DNA from: Tubiluchus corallicola | Lineage: Eukaryota; Animalia; Priapulida | Direction: 5' to 3' | Assembly: GCA_030141605.1 (NCBI GenBank) | Contig: JAQGDQ010001363.1 | Location: forward strand, 1 to 44,356 | Length of the DNA stretch: 44,356 bases | Notes under the pieces: model-generated | Database searches by the model: none | Seen by the model: only the letters and a program-made list of their open reading frames with translations | What the model was told of the DNA's origin: nothing | Translations under genes and position numbers: made by a program | Shown here: in pieces, positions 14,223-44,356 of the stretch | How the letters are laid out: each line of letters begins with the position of its first letter | Numbering within the stretch: position 1 is the first letter of the stretch

Positions 14223-14315
14223 TTTTGTGTAATTAACCCACGCAAATCTGCGCCCCATACACAATGTAAATTGTGGCCTACAAGGTCACGTACAGAGCAA
14301 AACATGGTAACATAC

Positions 14316-14422
14316 CTGGTACAATGCTGACGGTTTTTAATGCCCTGAGAACACGGAATGTACGAATACCGGCAATGTTGCCCACCTCAACGCCGAAATA
14401 CTGTAACGTTATAGTTGTGTAC
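14316..14422 (-). CDS. Nav2: Left-arm copy of the Nav DI S3-S4 exon, with a canonical acceptor
   Basis: Reverse complement of 25068-25174; acceptor tatctgcag|gtacac is intact. Confidence 0.92.
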
Positions 14423-16142
14423 CTGCAGATAGTAACAATGTTATAGTTGTGTACCTGCAGATAATAACAATGTTATAGTTGTGTACCTGCAGATAATAAC
14501 AATGTTATAGTTGTGTACCTGCAGATAATAACAATGTTATAGTTGTGTAGCTGCAGATTATAACAACGTTATAGTTGTGTACCTGCAGATAATGACAATG
14601 TTATAGTTGTGTACCTGCAGATAATAACAATGTTATAGTTGTGTGCCTGCAGATAATAACAATGTTATAGTTGTGTAGCTGCAGATAATAACAATGTTAT
14701 AGTTGTGTAGCTGCAGATAATAACAATGTTCTAGTTGTGTACCTGCAGATAATAAAAATGCAATAGTTGTGTACCTACAGATAATAACAATGTTATAGTT
14801 GTGTACCTGCAGATAGTAACAATGTTATAATTGTGTATCTACAGATAATAAAAATGTTATAGTTGTGTACCTGCAGATAATAACAATGCAATAGTTGTGT
14901 ACCTACAGATAATAACAATGTTATAGTTGTGTAGCAACAGATAATAACAATGTTATAGTTGTGTACCTGCAGATAGTAACAATGTTATAGTTGTGTACCT
15001 GCAGATAATAACAATGCAATAGTTGTGTACCTACAGATAATAACAATGTTATAGTTGTGTAGCAACAGATAATAACAATGTTATAGTTGTGTACCTGCAG
15101 ATAGTAACAATGTTATAGTTGTGTACCTGCAGATAATAACAATGCAATAGTTGTGTACCTACAGATAATAACAATGTTATAGTTGTGTAGCAACAGATAA
15201 TAACAATGTTATAGTTGTGTACCTGCAGATAGTAACAATGTTATAGTTGTGTACCTGCAGATAATAACAATGCAATAGTTGTGTACCTACAGATAATAAC
15301 AATGTTATAGTTGTGTAGCAACAGATAATAACAATGTTATAGTTGTGTACCTGCAGATAGTAACAATGTTATAGTTGTGTACCTGCAGATAATAACAATG
15401 CAATAGTTGTGTACCTACAGATAATAACAATGTTATAGTTGTGTAGCAACAGATAATAACAATGTTATAGTTGTGTACCTGCAGATAGTAACAATGTTAT
15501 AGTTGTGTACCTGCAGATAATAACAATGCAATAGTTGTGTACCTACAGATAATAACAATGTTATAGTTGTGTAGCAACAGATAATAACAATGTTATAGTT
15601 GTGTACCTGCAGATAGTAACAATGTTATAGTTGTGTACCTGCAGATAATAACAATGCAATAGTTGTGTACCTACAGATAATAACAATGTTATAGTTGTGT
15701 AGCAACAGATAATAACAATGTTATAGTTGTGTACCTGCAGATAGTAACAATGTTATAGTTGTGTACCTGCAGATAATAACAATGTTATAGTTGTGTAGCA
15801 ACAGATAATAACAATGTTATAGTTGTGTACCTGCAGATAGTAACAATGTTATAGTTGTGCACCTGCAAATAATAATCTTATAATTGTGTACCTGCAGATA
15901 ATAAAAATGATATAGTTGTGTTTCTGCAGATAATAACAATGCTATAGTTGTGTACTGACTGCAGATAATAAAAATGTTATAGTTGTGTACCTGCAAATAA
16001 TAACAATGTTATAGTTGTGTATCTACAGATAATAACAATGTTATAGTTGTGTATCTACAGATAATAACAATGTTATAGTTGTGTATCTACAGATAATAAC
16101 AATGTTATAGTTGTGTACCTGCAGATAATAACAGTGTCATAG
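14407..16142. repeat. 32-bp minisatellite (about 54 units, with a 128-bp four-unit higher-order repeat) overlapping the S3-S4 exon acceptor
   Basis: Unit ctgcagataataacaatgttatagttgtgtac. The variant gcaacag recurs every 128 bp (14934, 15062, 15190...). Confidence 0.98.
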
Positions 16143-16319
16143 TCTTGTAACAGCAATCAGTAACACTTAACAATGTCATATTTGATTACCTCAGGTATTA
16201 ACAGTGTTATTGTTGTGCACCTGCCGGTGATAACAATGTTATAATCACCTTGGCAACAACGGTTTCCATCTGGGTATTGCTGCGTGAAGCGTATTCAGAT
16301 GATAGCGATCACGTTCGAA

Positions 16320-16885
16320 TGAACACGGATCACGCATCACGCAATACGGGTCACGCATTACATACACATGGTAGCACTTCTACATGTTTAACTACAAAAC
16401 GTTGTATACGCATTACGGATCGCGCATGACGCATTTCGGATCACGCATAACGCATTACAGATCGCGCATGACGCATTAGGTATCACGCATGACGCATTAC
16501 GGATTGCGCATTACGTACACATATTAGGACTTCTACATGTTTAAATACAAACCGTTGCATGCACATTATGGATCATGCATGACGCATTACAGATCACGCG
16601 TGACGCAGTACAGATCACGCATTACATACACATGGAAACACTTCTACATGTTTAAATACAAACCGTTGCATGCACATTATGGATCATGCATGACGCATTA
16701 CAGATCACGCGTGACGCATTTCGTATCACGCATGACGCATTAGGTATCACGCATGACGCATTACAGATTACGCATTACGTACACATGGAAACACTTCTAC
16801 ATGTTTAAATAAAACCGTTGTATACACATTACGAATCACGCATGACGCATTACGGATCACGCGTGGCGCATTACATACACATGCA
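16320..16885. repeat. Nested minisatellite: 21-bp unit inside longer (about 110-150 bp) units; mirror at about 23341-23906
   Basis: Short unit gatcacgcatgacgcatta; acttctacatgtttaa recurs four times. Confidence 0.9.
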
Positions 16886-16922
16886 TTTAAAACTAAATCG
16901 AAAGTTGAATGCTTTAACTCAC

Positions 16923-17051
16923 CCCAGCACAATGACGGTGAAATCCAACCAGTTCCATGCGTCGCGGAGGTAAGTGTGTCGGTTAATGATAAAACCTCTA
17001 GCTATGACTTTAATTACCATTTCAAACGTATAAATCGCAAGAAAAACATAC
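16923..17051 (-). CDS. Nav2: Left-arm copy of the Nav DI S2-S3 exon
   Basis: Reverse complement of 23175-23303; splice sites intact. Confidence 0.92.
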
Positions 17052-17401
17052 CTGGAATAAAAATGTTTCTAAATTATTTAGTTGAAACTTTTCTCGTAGT
17101 TTATCGCCTCGTGGGCGAAGCTTTGCTAAAAAGAGTTTTCAAAGAAAAGCTGATACGTTGTAACATCAAGTAAGATATAGAGAATTCGCAAGATCGCAAT
17201 GCAAGTGCTCTCACACTTAAGTTTTTTTCAGACTTCAAAGTTTTGTAAGTAGCTGTCGCTTCTAAAATTTATTTTGATAAGTTCCAGGCACTTTTACGTA
17301 GCGGAGGGCTTCCCAGTGTGTGACTTGCGTTGTCTGTTTTTCTACCTCTCAGTTCAGATGTGTTAAGATGTGTACATGTTCAGGCGTTCAGGCGTGAGTA
17401 C

Positions 17402-17697
17402 ATGGATGGATGGATGGATGGATGGATGGATGGATGGATGGATGGATGGATGGGTGGATGGATGGATGGATGGATGGGTGGATGGATGGATGGATGGATG
17501 GTTGGTTGGATTGTTGGATGGATGGGTTTTATGGATGGATGGATGGATGTATTGATGGATGGATGGATGGATGGATGGTTGGATTGTTGGATGGATGGGT
17601 TTTATGGATGGATGGATGGATGGATGGATGGATGGATGGATGGACGGACGGACGGACGGACGGAGGATGGACGGACGGATGGATAGATAGATAGATA
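17402..17697. repeat. (GGAT)n/(GGAC)n microsatellite; mirror at 22529-22824, apparently identical
   Basis: Direct reading; the ORF translations are identical in all frames listed. Confidence 0.97.
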
Positions 17698-17959
17698 AGT
17701 TGAAATTCGCTGAAAGTAGGCGTAGAATAGTTTGTTTTACTCACATTCTTTTTCACTGATGTTCATTTAATTTCTTCCATTATTTTCAGTTTATGTATGT
17801 ATTCTATAAAAGCAGGTTGCTACAATTTCAGCTTACACACTCATTTAGTTATTCAGTATGAAATAGATACCCAGGATACGGAGGTTGGAAGGGGCACATA
17901 CATGTATCTTATTGGAGAGGTACGCTCTCCCCACGAAAACATTCAATACTTTTATCATT

Positions 17960-18466
17960 CAGTGGCCTGTAAAGGTACTGTGGAACTACAGCACCCCCTA
18001 TTTTCACTCAATATTATCGATAATTTTCAATATAATAAGTCTTTTTTCTTTATGCTTTTACGCAACCAGAGAAAACGTGAGGTTAGTACTGTTTGCTTCA
18101 CAGCCCAGCACAGTGCGCTCACAGCTCAAGCAACACATTGTCTGGTTGTTGTGCGCATGCGGCTATGCGCACATGTCCAGGTAGAGAAAGTACTGTCGCT
18201 CACACAGTTTGTTGTCAGTTATCACGTGCTCACCGTGAATGGATCAAGCTTGAACTGCGACTATTTAGACAATTAGTGAGTTATTTCTGTTTAGGATTTT
18301 ATCAAGTTTATGTACAAACTTTCGTAAGTTTGTTTGTTTAAAATTACAATGTCAAATCACAACATTAAAATTAACATACATTTGTTTCAATTTGCACAGT
18401 ATTAAGACAAGGGTTAAAAATTTTCTGAAGCAGCACCCCACTAATTTTAACAACGAGCCGCCACTG
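17960..18466. mobile_element. Possible hAT-type MITE spanning the left arm/spacer boundary
   Basis: Begins cagtggc and ends acgagccgccactg; cagcacccc occurs near both ends. The left end is degenerate and I found no target-site duplication. Confidence 0.4.
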
Positions 18467-18759
18467 CCTGGCCGTGCCTCTGGTCACGTGACATCCGAGC
18501 AACTTTTCAAAGTCAAAGATGTGGAACATGATAATATTCACCATAATTGTGAAGAGGCTTGACTACATCATCCTTTCAAACATAAAATTTTAATTTTCCA
18601 GCTGAGAGACCTTTTTAGTCCCAGAAGCACAAACAGAACAATTTAAATGGTAATAAAGAAGTGCGTTAGAGGAACAGGGCGGCGTTTCAACGGATATCCG
18701 GTTTGTATCCGAAAATGGTGATATTCGTGAGATTTTGCAGGTGTTCTTATCCGGTTTTA

Positions 18760-19566
18760 ATAATGATAATAATAATGATAATGGTAATGTAATGATAATG
18801 ATAATGATAATGATAACGATAACGATAACGATAACGATAATGATAATGATAATGGTAATGGTAATGGTAATGGTAATGGTAATGGTAATGGTAATGGCAA
18901 TGGCAATGCCAATGGCAATGGCAATGGCAATGGCAATGGCAATGGCAATGGCAATGGCAATGGCAATGGCAATGGCAATGGCAATGGCAATGGTGGTGAT
19001 GATGATGATGATGATGAAGATGATGATGGTGAAGGTGACGGTGATGGTGAAGGTGATGGTGATGGTGATGGTGATGGTGAGGATAAGGATAAGGATAAGG
19101 ATAAGGATACGAATAAGGATAAGGATAAGGATAAGGATAAGGATAAGGATAAGGATAAGGATAAGGATAAGGATAAGGATAAGGCTAAGGCTAAGGCTAA
19201 GGCTAAGGCTAAGGCTAAGGCTAAGGCTAAGGCTAAGGCTAAGGCTAAGGCTAAGGCTAAGGCTAAGGCTAAGGCTAAGGCTAAGGCTAAGGCTAAGGCT
19301 AAGGCTAAGGCTAAGGGTAAGGGTAAGGGTAAGGGTAAGGGTAAGGGTAAGGGTAAGGGTAAGGGTAAGGGTAAGGGTAAGGGTAAGGGTAAGGGTAAGG
19401 GTAAGGGTAAGGGTAAGGGTAAGGGTAAGGGTAAGGGTAAGGGTAAGGGTAAGGATAAGGATAAGGATAAGGATAAGGATAAGGATAAGGATAAGGATAA
19501 GGATAAGGATAAGGATAAGGATAAGGGTAAGGTAAGGGTAAGGGTAAGGGTAAGGGTAATGGGGTA

Positions 19567-19607
<41 letters not shown>

Positions 19608-19741
19608 AATGACAATGACAATGACAATGACAATGACAATGACAATGACAATGACAATGACAATGACAATGACAATGACAATGACAATGACAATGACAAT
19701 GACAATGACAAAGACAATGACAATGATAATGATAATAATAA
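18760..19741. repeat. ~1-kb compound hexamer microsatellite in the spacer, including (GGGTAA)23
   Basis: Successive blocks of AATGAT, AACGAT, AATGGT, AATGGC, GATGGT, AAGGAT, AAGGCT, AAGGGT, AAGGAT, GATGAC and AATGAC. Confidence 0.97.
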
Positions 19742-19937
19742 CTAAATAGTACGCAATTTACCTTCACAAAGCTATCTTTTAAAAATTATAAAACACTTTT
19801 ATTAGCGCTATCGCTGAATTCAAGTTTGAGGATCAAAAATGACGGTAATGCGCCATGTTGAATAGTTTGACACAACGCCTCTCCAGAAAACAAACAAATG
19901 AAACTAAATTAAAATTCAAGTTTTCAATATGATAACA

Positions 19938-20252
19938 GACTTTAGACTTGTTCTCGACATTGTGCCGAAAGCATTGTGGTGATTTTAGTCTTGTTCTCCA
20001 CATTGTGCCGAAAGCGTTGTGCTGATTTTAGTCTTGTTCTCGACATTGTGCCGAAAACGTTGTGCTGATTTTAGTCTTGTTCTCGACATTGTGTCAAAAG
20101 CATTGTGCTGATTTTAGTCTTGTTCTCGACATTGTGCCGAAAGCATTGTGCTGATTTTAGTCTTGTTCTCGACATTGTGCCGAAAGCGTTGTGCTGATTT
20201 TAGTCTTGTTCTCGACATTGTGCCGAACTGATTTTAGTCTTGTTCTCGACAT
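19938..20252. repeat. 43-bp minisatellite, about 7 copies
   Basis: Unit gattttagtcttgttctcgacattgtgccgaaagcgttgtgct. Confidence 0.95.
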
Positions 20253-20556
20253 GCTAGCTAAAACACCCATATTGAGCCTACAGATTGGGTCCTACGAAAC
20301 TTTGCGACGTTCTCAAAGGGTTAACAAATGACGACTTCCTTGACGAAAACTCCCCGTGCTGTAATTTGTAACATGACTAATGTTTGGTCAAATGAAGGAA
20401 CGAAAATTCAACTCTTTATAGTCTGGTGTCACTTCATTTCTGCTGCCGAGTTAATTCAATAACCACCAATCTGTGAACTGAACTAATTGCACATTAAACT
20501 CGTGCTGTCAGAGAAACCATGGATTAAGTTGGAAGAAAGGAAAAGACAGGAATTAA

Positions 20557-21085
20557 AGGAAAACCGGATGATTGATCAGACTCAATCTCATTTAAATTTA
20601 CTGCCCAAAATATACATTTTCTTGCATATAAAAGTTAGCAATTGTTTCTTATTTGAATAATTGGCTTAGAAAGTTAATTAACGGCATCCAAAACCAGATA
20701 TTGCTTAAGTCTGAAACTAACCACAGTTTGTGCAATGGCAGGCATCTTCCCTTGTGCGTCATGCACGTTTGCATAAGTGTTACTACTGAAACGCAAATGG
20801 GCTTTACATCATATGACGTCAGAAACTAACACATCAGTTCATGACCATGCTTTTCACGGTACAGCCTTATATTTGTCGGCCAGGCGAATGTGACGAAAGG
20901 GTACCATTGCCAATCTTAGTAGATTTACTGAGCCGCAAGTAGCTTTGAAAGTTTAACGAAATTTGAGTATCCGAGGTAATTATTATTTAATCTAAGCTTT
21001 AATTGAAAAAACGCTATTGTAGTTTTCAATGTTTTAGAGCATTTATTATTCTGAACTCGTGTTTACACAATCATCCGGTTTTCCT
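20557..21085. mobile_element. Non-autonomous DNA transposon (MITE), Kolobok-like
   Basis: Perfect 18-bp terminal inverted repeats aggaaaaccggatgattg / caatcatccggttttcct, with TTAA on both sides (20553-20556, 21086-21089). Purine-purine ends plus TTAA fit Kolobok rather than piggyBac. Confidence 0.75.
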
Positions 21086-21763
21086 TTAACGAAGCCTGAT
21101 TTGGCGGAAATATAAAAGAACCATAATAAGCAGATTATTCTAGAAGGATGAACACACATTTGAATACCAAATGAATTGCATTTGAAATTAGAATTCAGCT
21201 TTTTTTTAAATTTTGATACAAAACTTGTCACAAAGTTTAGAAATTTAAATGAATCATCACTAAGATGGATTTAAACCATAAGTCGTTGAAATTAATTTAA
21301 TTTAATTTTTTGCCTTCCGGTTTTCAATATCGCATGAAGAGACTGATGTCTCGAAAGAAATATTTTACGTCAAAAAAAGAAAGATTACTATGTCAAAGCA
21401 CAAGAAAATCGTTTACTTGAAATTATGCACCACCTGTTTCATGTCTTATTGTATGCAGAGCTTGCATTGGCAGTAACCCTGTAAAAAACTTGAGAATTCA
21501 AACTCCCACGACGGGTGATGATTCTGAAGGCAAAATAAAAAATATTCAACGATGACGGCTAGGCATTGCCATTTTGACCGTAGGTCGTTTGAAACAAGTT
21601 TAGTTAACTTTGAGTAAAGTTTATAAGAATAATCCGAACATTCGTAGCATACACTTCACTAAGTAAGCAAAGACATGTCATCAAACGTTTCGAAAAGGCT
21701 GCTGCTGTCATCACCAGTGGTAAATTTTTACAAACATACAACCAGTTTATATAGCTTACCTAA

Positions 21764-22218
21764 CTGGTCTGCTTATTCATTACCTATTTGGCTTTTCGTA
21801 AATACATAATTAGTGCATAATTTACTGTATCAATTTCTTTTCTACAGGTCTGTTTATTCATTACCTATTTGGCTTTTTGTAAATACATAATTAGTGCATA
21901 ATTTACTGTATAAATTTCTTTTCTACAAGTCTGCTTATTCATTACCTATTTGGCTTTTTGTAAATACATAATTAGTGCATAATTTACTGTATCAATTTCT
22001 TTTCTACTGGTCTGCTTATTCATTACCTATTTGGCTTTTTGTAAATACATAATTAGTGCGTAATTTACTATATCAATTTCTTTTCTACTGGTCTGCTTAT
22101 TCATTACCTATTTGGCTTTTCGTAAATACATAATTAGTGCATAATTTACTGTATCAATTTCTTTTCTACAGGTCTGTTTATTCATTACCTATTTGGCTTT
22201 TTGTAAATACATAATTAG
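21764..22218. repeat. 81-bp minisatellite, about 5.6 copies, cut mid-unit at the right-arm junction
   Basis: Unit ggtctgcttattcattacctatttggctttttgtaaatacataattagtgcataatttactgtatcaatttcttttctact. Confidence 0.95.
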
Positions 22219-23174
22219 GTGAAAATAGGGGGTGCTGTAGTTCCACAGTACCTGTACAGGCCACTGAATGATAAAAGTATTGAATGTTTTCGTGGGGAGA
22301 GCGTACCTCTCCAATAAGATACATGTATGTGCCCCTTCCAACCTCCGTATCCTGGGTATCTATTTCATACTGAATAACTAAATGAGTGTGTAAGCTGAAA
22401 TTGTAGCAACCTGCTTTTATAGAATACATACATAAACTGAAAATAATGGAAGAAATTAAATGAACATCAGTGAAAAAGAATGTGAGTAAAACAAACTATT
22501 CTACGCCTACTTTCAGCGAATTTCAACTTATCTATCTATCTATCCATCCGTCCGTCCATCCTCCGTCCGTCCGTCCGTCCGTCCATCCATCCATCCATCC
22601 ATCCATCCATCCATCCATCCATAAAACCCATCCATCCAACAATCCAACCATCCATCCATCCATCCATCCATCAATACATCCATCCATCCATCCATAAAAC
22701 CCATCCATCCAACAATCCAACCAACCATCCATCCATCCATCCATCCACCCATCCATCCATCCATCCATCCACCCATCCATCCATCCATCCATCCATCCAT
22801 CCATCCATCCATCCATCCATCCATGTACTCACGCCTGAACGCCTGAACATGTACACATCTTAACACATCTGAACTGAGAGGTAGAAAAACAGACAACGCA
22901 AGTCACACACTGGGAAGCCCTCCGCTACGTAAAAGTGCCTGGAACTTATCAAAATAAATTTTAGAAGCGACAGCTACTTACAAAACTTTGAAGTCTGAAA
23001 AAAACTTAAGTGTGAGAGCACTTGCATTGCGATCTTGCGAATTCTCTATATCTTACTTGATGTTACAACGTATCAGCTTTTCTTTGAAAACTCTTTTTAG
23101 CAAAGCTTCGCCCACGAGGCGATAAACTACGAGAAAAGTTTCAACTAAATAATTTAGAAACATTTTTATTCCAG

Positions 23175-43761
<20,587 letters not shown>

Positions 43762-43879
43762 GTAACAGAATAGCTCTTCCGTTTTAAGAGTGTTGAAATG
43801 TCGTTGATTAATATTTTACTTTAAAATATATATTTAAATGAGCCACTAGTTGAAGGCAAAGTTTAATTTAATTATAAGT

Positions 43880-43936
43880 ACACACACGCACACGCACACG
43901 CACACGCACACGCACACGCACACGCACACGCACACA
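43880..43936. repeat. (CACACG)n microsatellite
   Basis: Direct reading. Confidence 0.93.
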
Positions 43937-44035
43937 TCGTCACAAAATAACAAAAAAATGCATTACCCACCATGCCTAGCTTGTATTTACATCATTGAAA
44001 ATTTACATCATTTACATCATCGGTACAACAATACC

Positions 44036-44356
44036 GAATAACAATAACAATAACAATAACAATAACAATAACAATAACAATAACAATAACAATAACAATA
44101 ACAATAACAATAACAATAACAATAACAATAACAATAACAATAACAATAACAATAACAATAACAATAACAATAACAATAACAATAACAATAACAATAACAA
44201 TAACAATAACAATAACAATAATAATAATAACAATAACAATAACAATAACAATAACAATAACAATAACAATAACAATAACAATAACAATAACAATAACAAT
44301 AACAATAACAATAACAATAACAATAACAATAACAATAACAATAACAATAACAATAA
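44036..44356. repeat. (ACAATA)n microsatellite running off the window end
   Basis: Direct reading. Confidence 0.97.

Larger units (their letters stand above)
1..18007. repeat. Left arm of a giant inverted duplication (palindrome); runs off the window start
   Basis: The ORFs in this interval have reverse-complement twins in 22219-40000 (e.g. 1860..2798- vs 36660..37598+, 8754..9008- vs 30486..30740+, 16976..17173+ vs 23053..23250-). The match ends at ...gcacccccta ttttcac (18007). Confidence 0.97.

Noticed and set aside
14407-16142. CRISPR-like appearance of the 32-, 40- and 43-bp repeats
   Set aside because: Units are head-to-tail with no unique spacers, there are no cas genes, and the context is spliceosomal introns.
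17797-18341. ORFs crossing the left junction as a novel first exon
   Set aside because: No channel similarity, wrong strand for the left copy, and they overlap a probable MITE.
19315-19452. (GGGTAA)n as a true telomere or fusion scar
   Set aside because: The motif is TAAGGG rather than TTAGGG, it grades into neighbouring hexamers, and there is no head-to-head arrangement.
18590-19767. ORFs of 266-377 aa in the spacer as a possible gene
   Set aside because: They are dipeptide runs from hexamer microsatellites. The same applies to ORFs over 9240-9935, 17330-17756, 37942-38432, 42976-43407 and 44012-44353.
22440-22500. aagaatgtgagtaa resembling the end of a Nav DI-S1 exon
   Set aside because: There is no hydrophobic S1 helix or NC motif upstream.

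Overview
AT-rich, microsatellite-dense intronic DNA from an animal, probably an invertebrate. It carries exons of a four-domain voltage-gated sodium-channel alpha subunit of the Nav2 (DSC1/BSC1/NaCP60E-like) type. Most of the window is one giant palindrome: a left arm 1-18007 (open at the window edge) and a right arm 22219 to at least ~39640, separated by a unique 4211-bp spacer. Each arm holds the same seven exons, from DI-S2 to the I-II linker, pointing away from the spacer. The + strand copy continues into three domain-II exons, giving 10 exons and 2511 coding nt with matching intron phases. I found no N-terminal or DI-S1 exon between the two copies. Only the right junction looks newly made, which suggests a fold-back. 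The arms are a mosaic of near-identical and clearly diverged blocks, and most coding differences are synonymous. Three minisatellites next to exons are built from splice-site motifs, and the + copy's S3-S4 acceptor appears frameshifted. Other content: LINE remnants, a Tc1 deletion derivative, a Kolobok-like MITE and many tandem repeats. An assembly artefact (two haplotypes joined head-to-head) cannot be excluded from the sequence alone.
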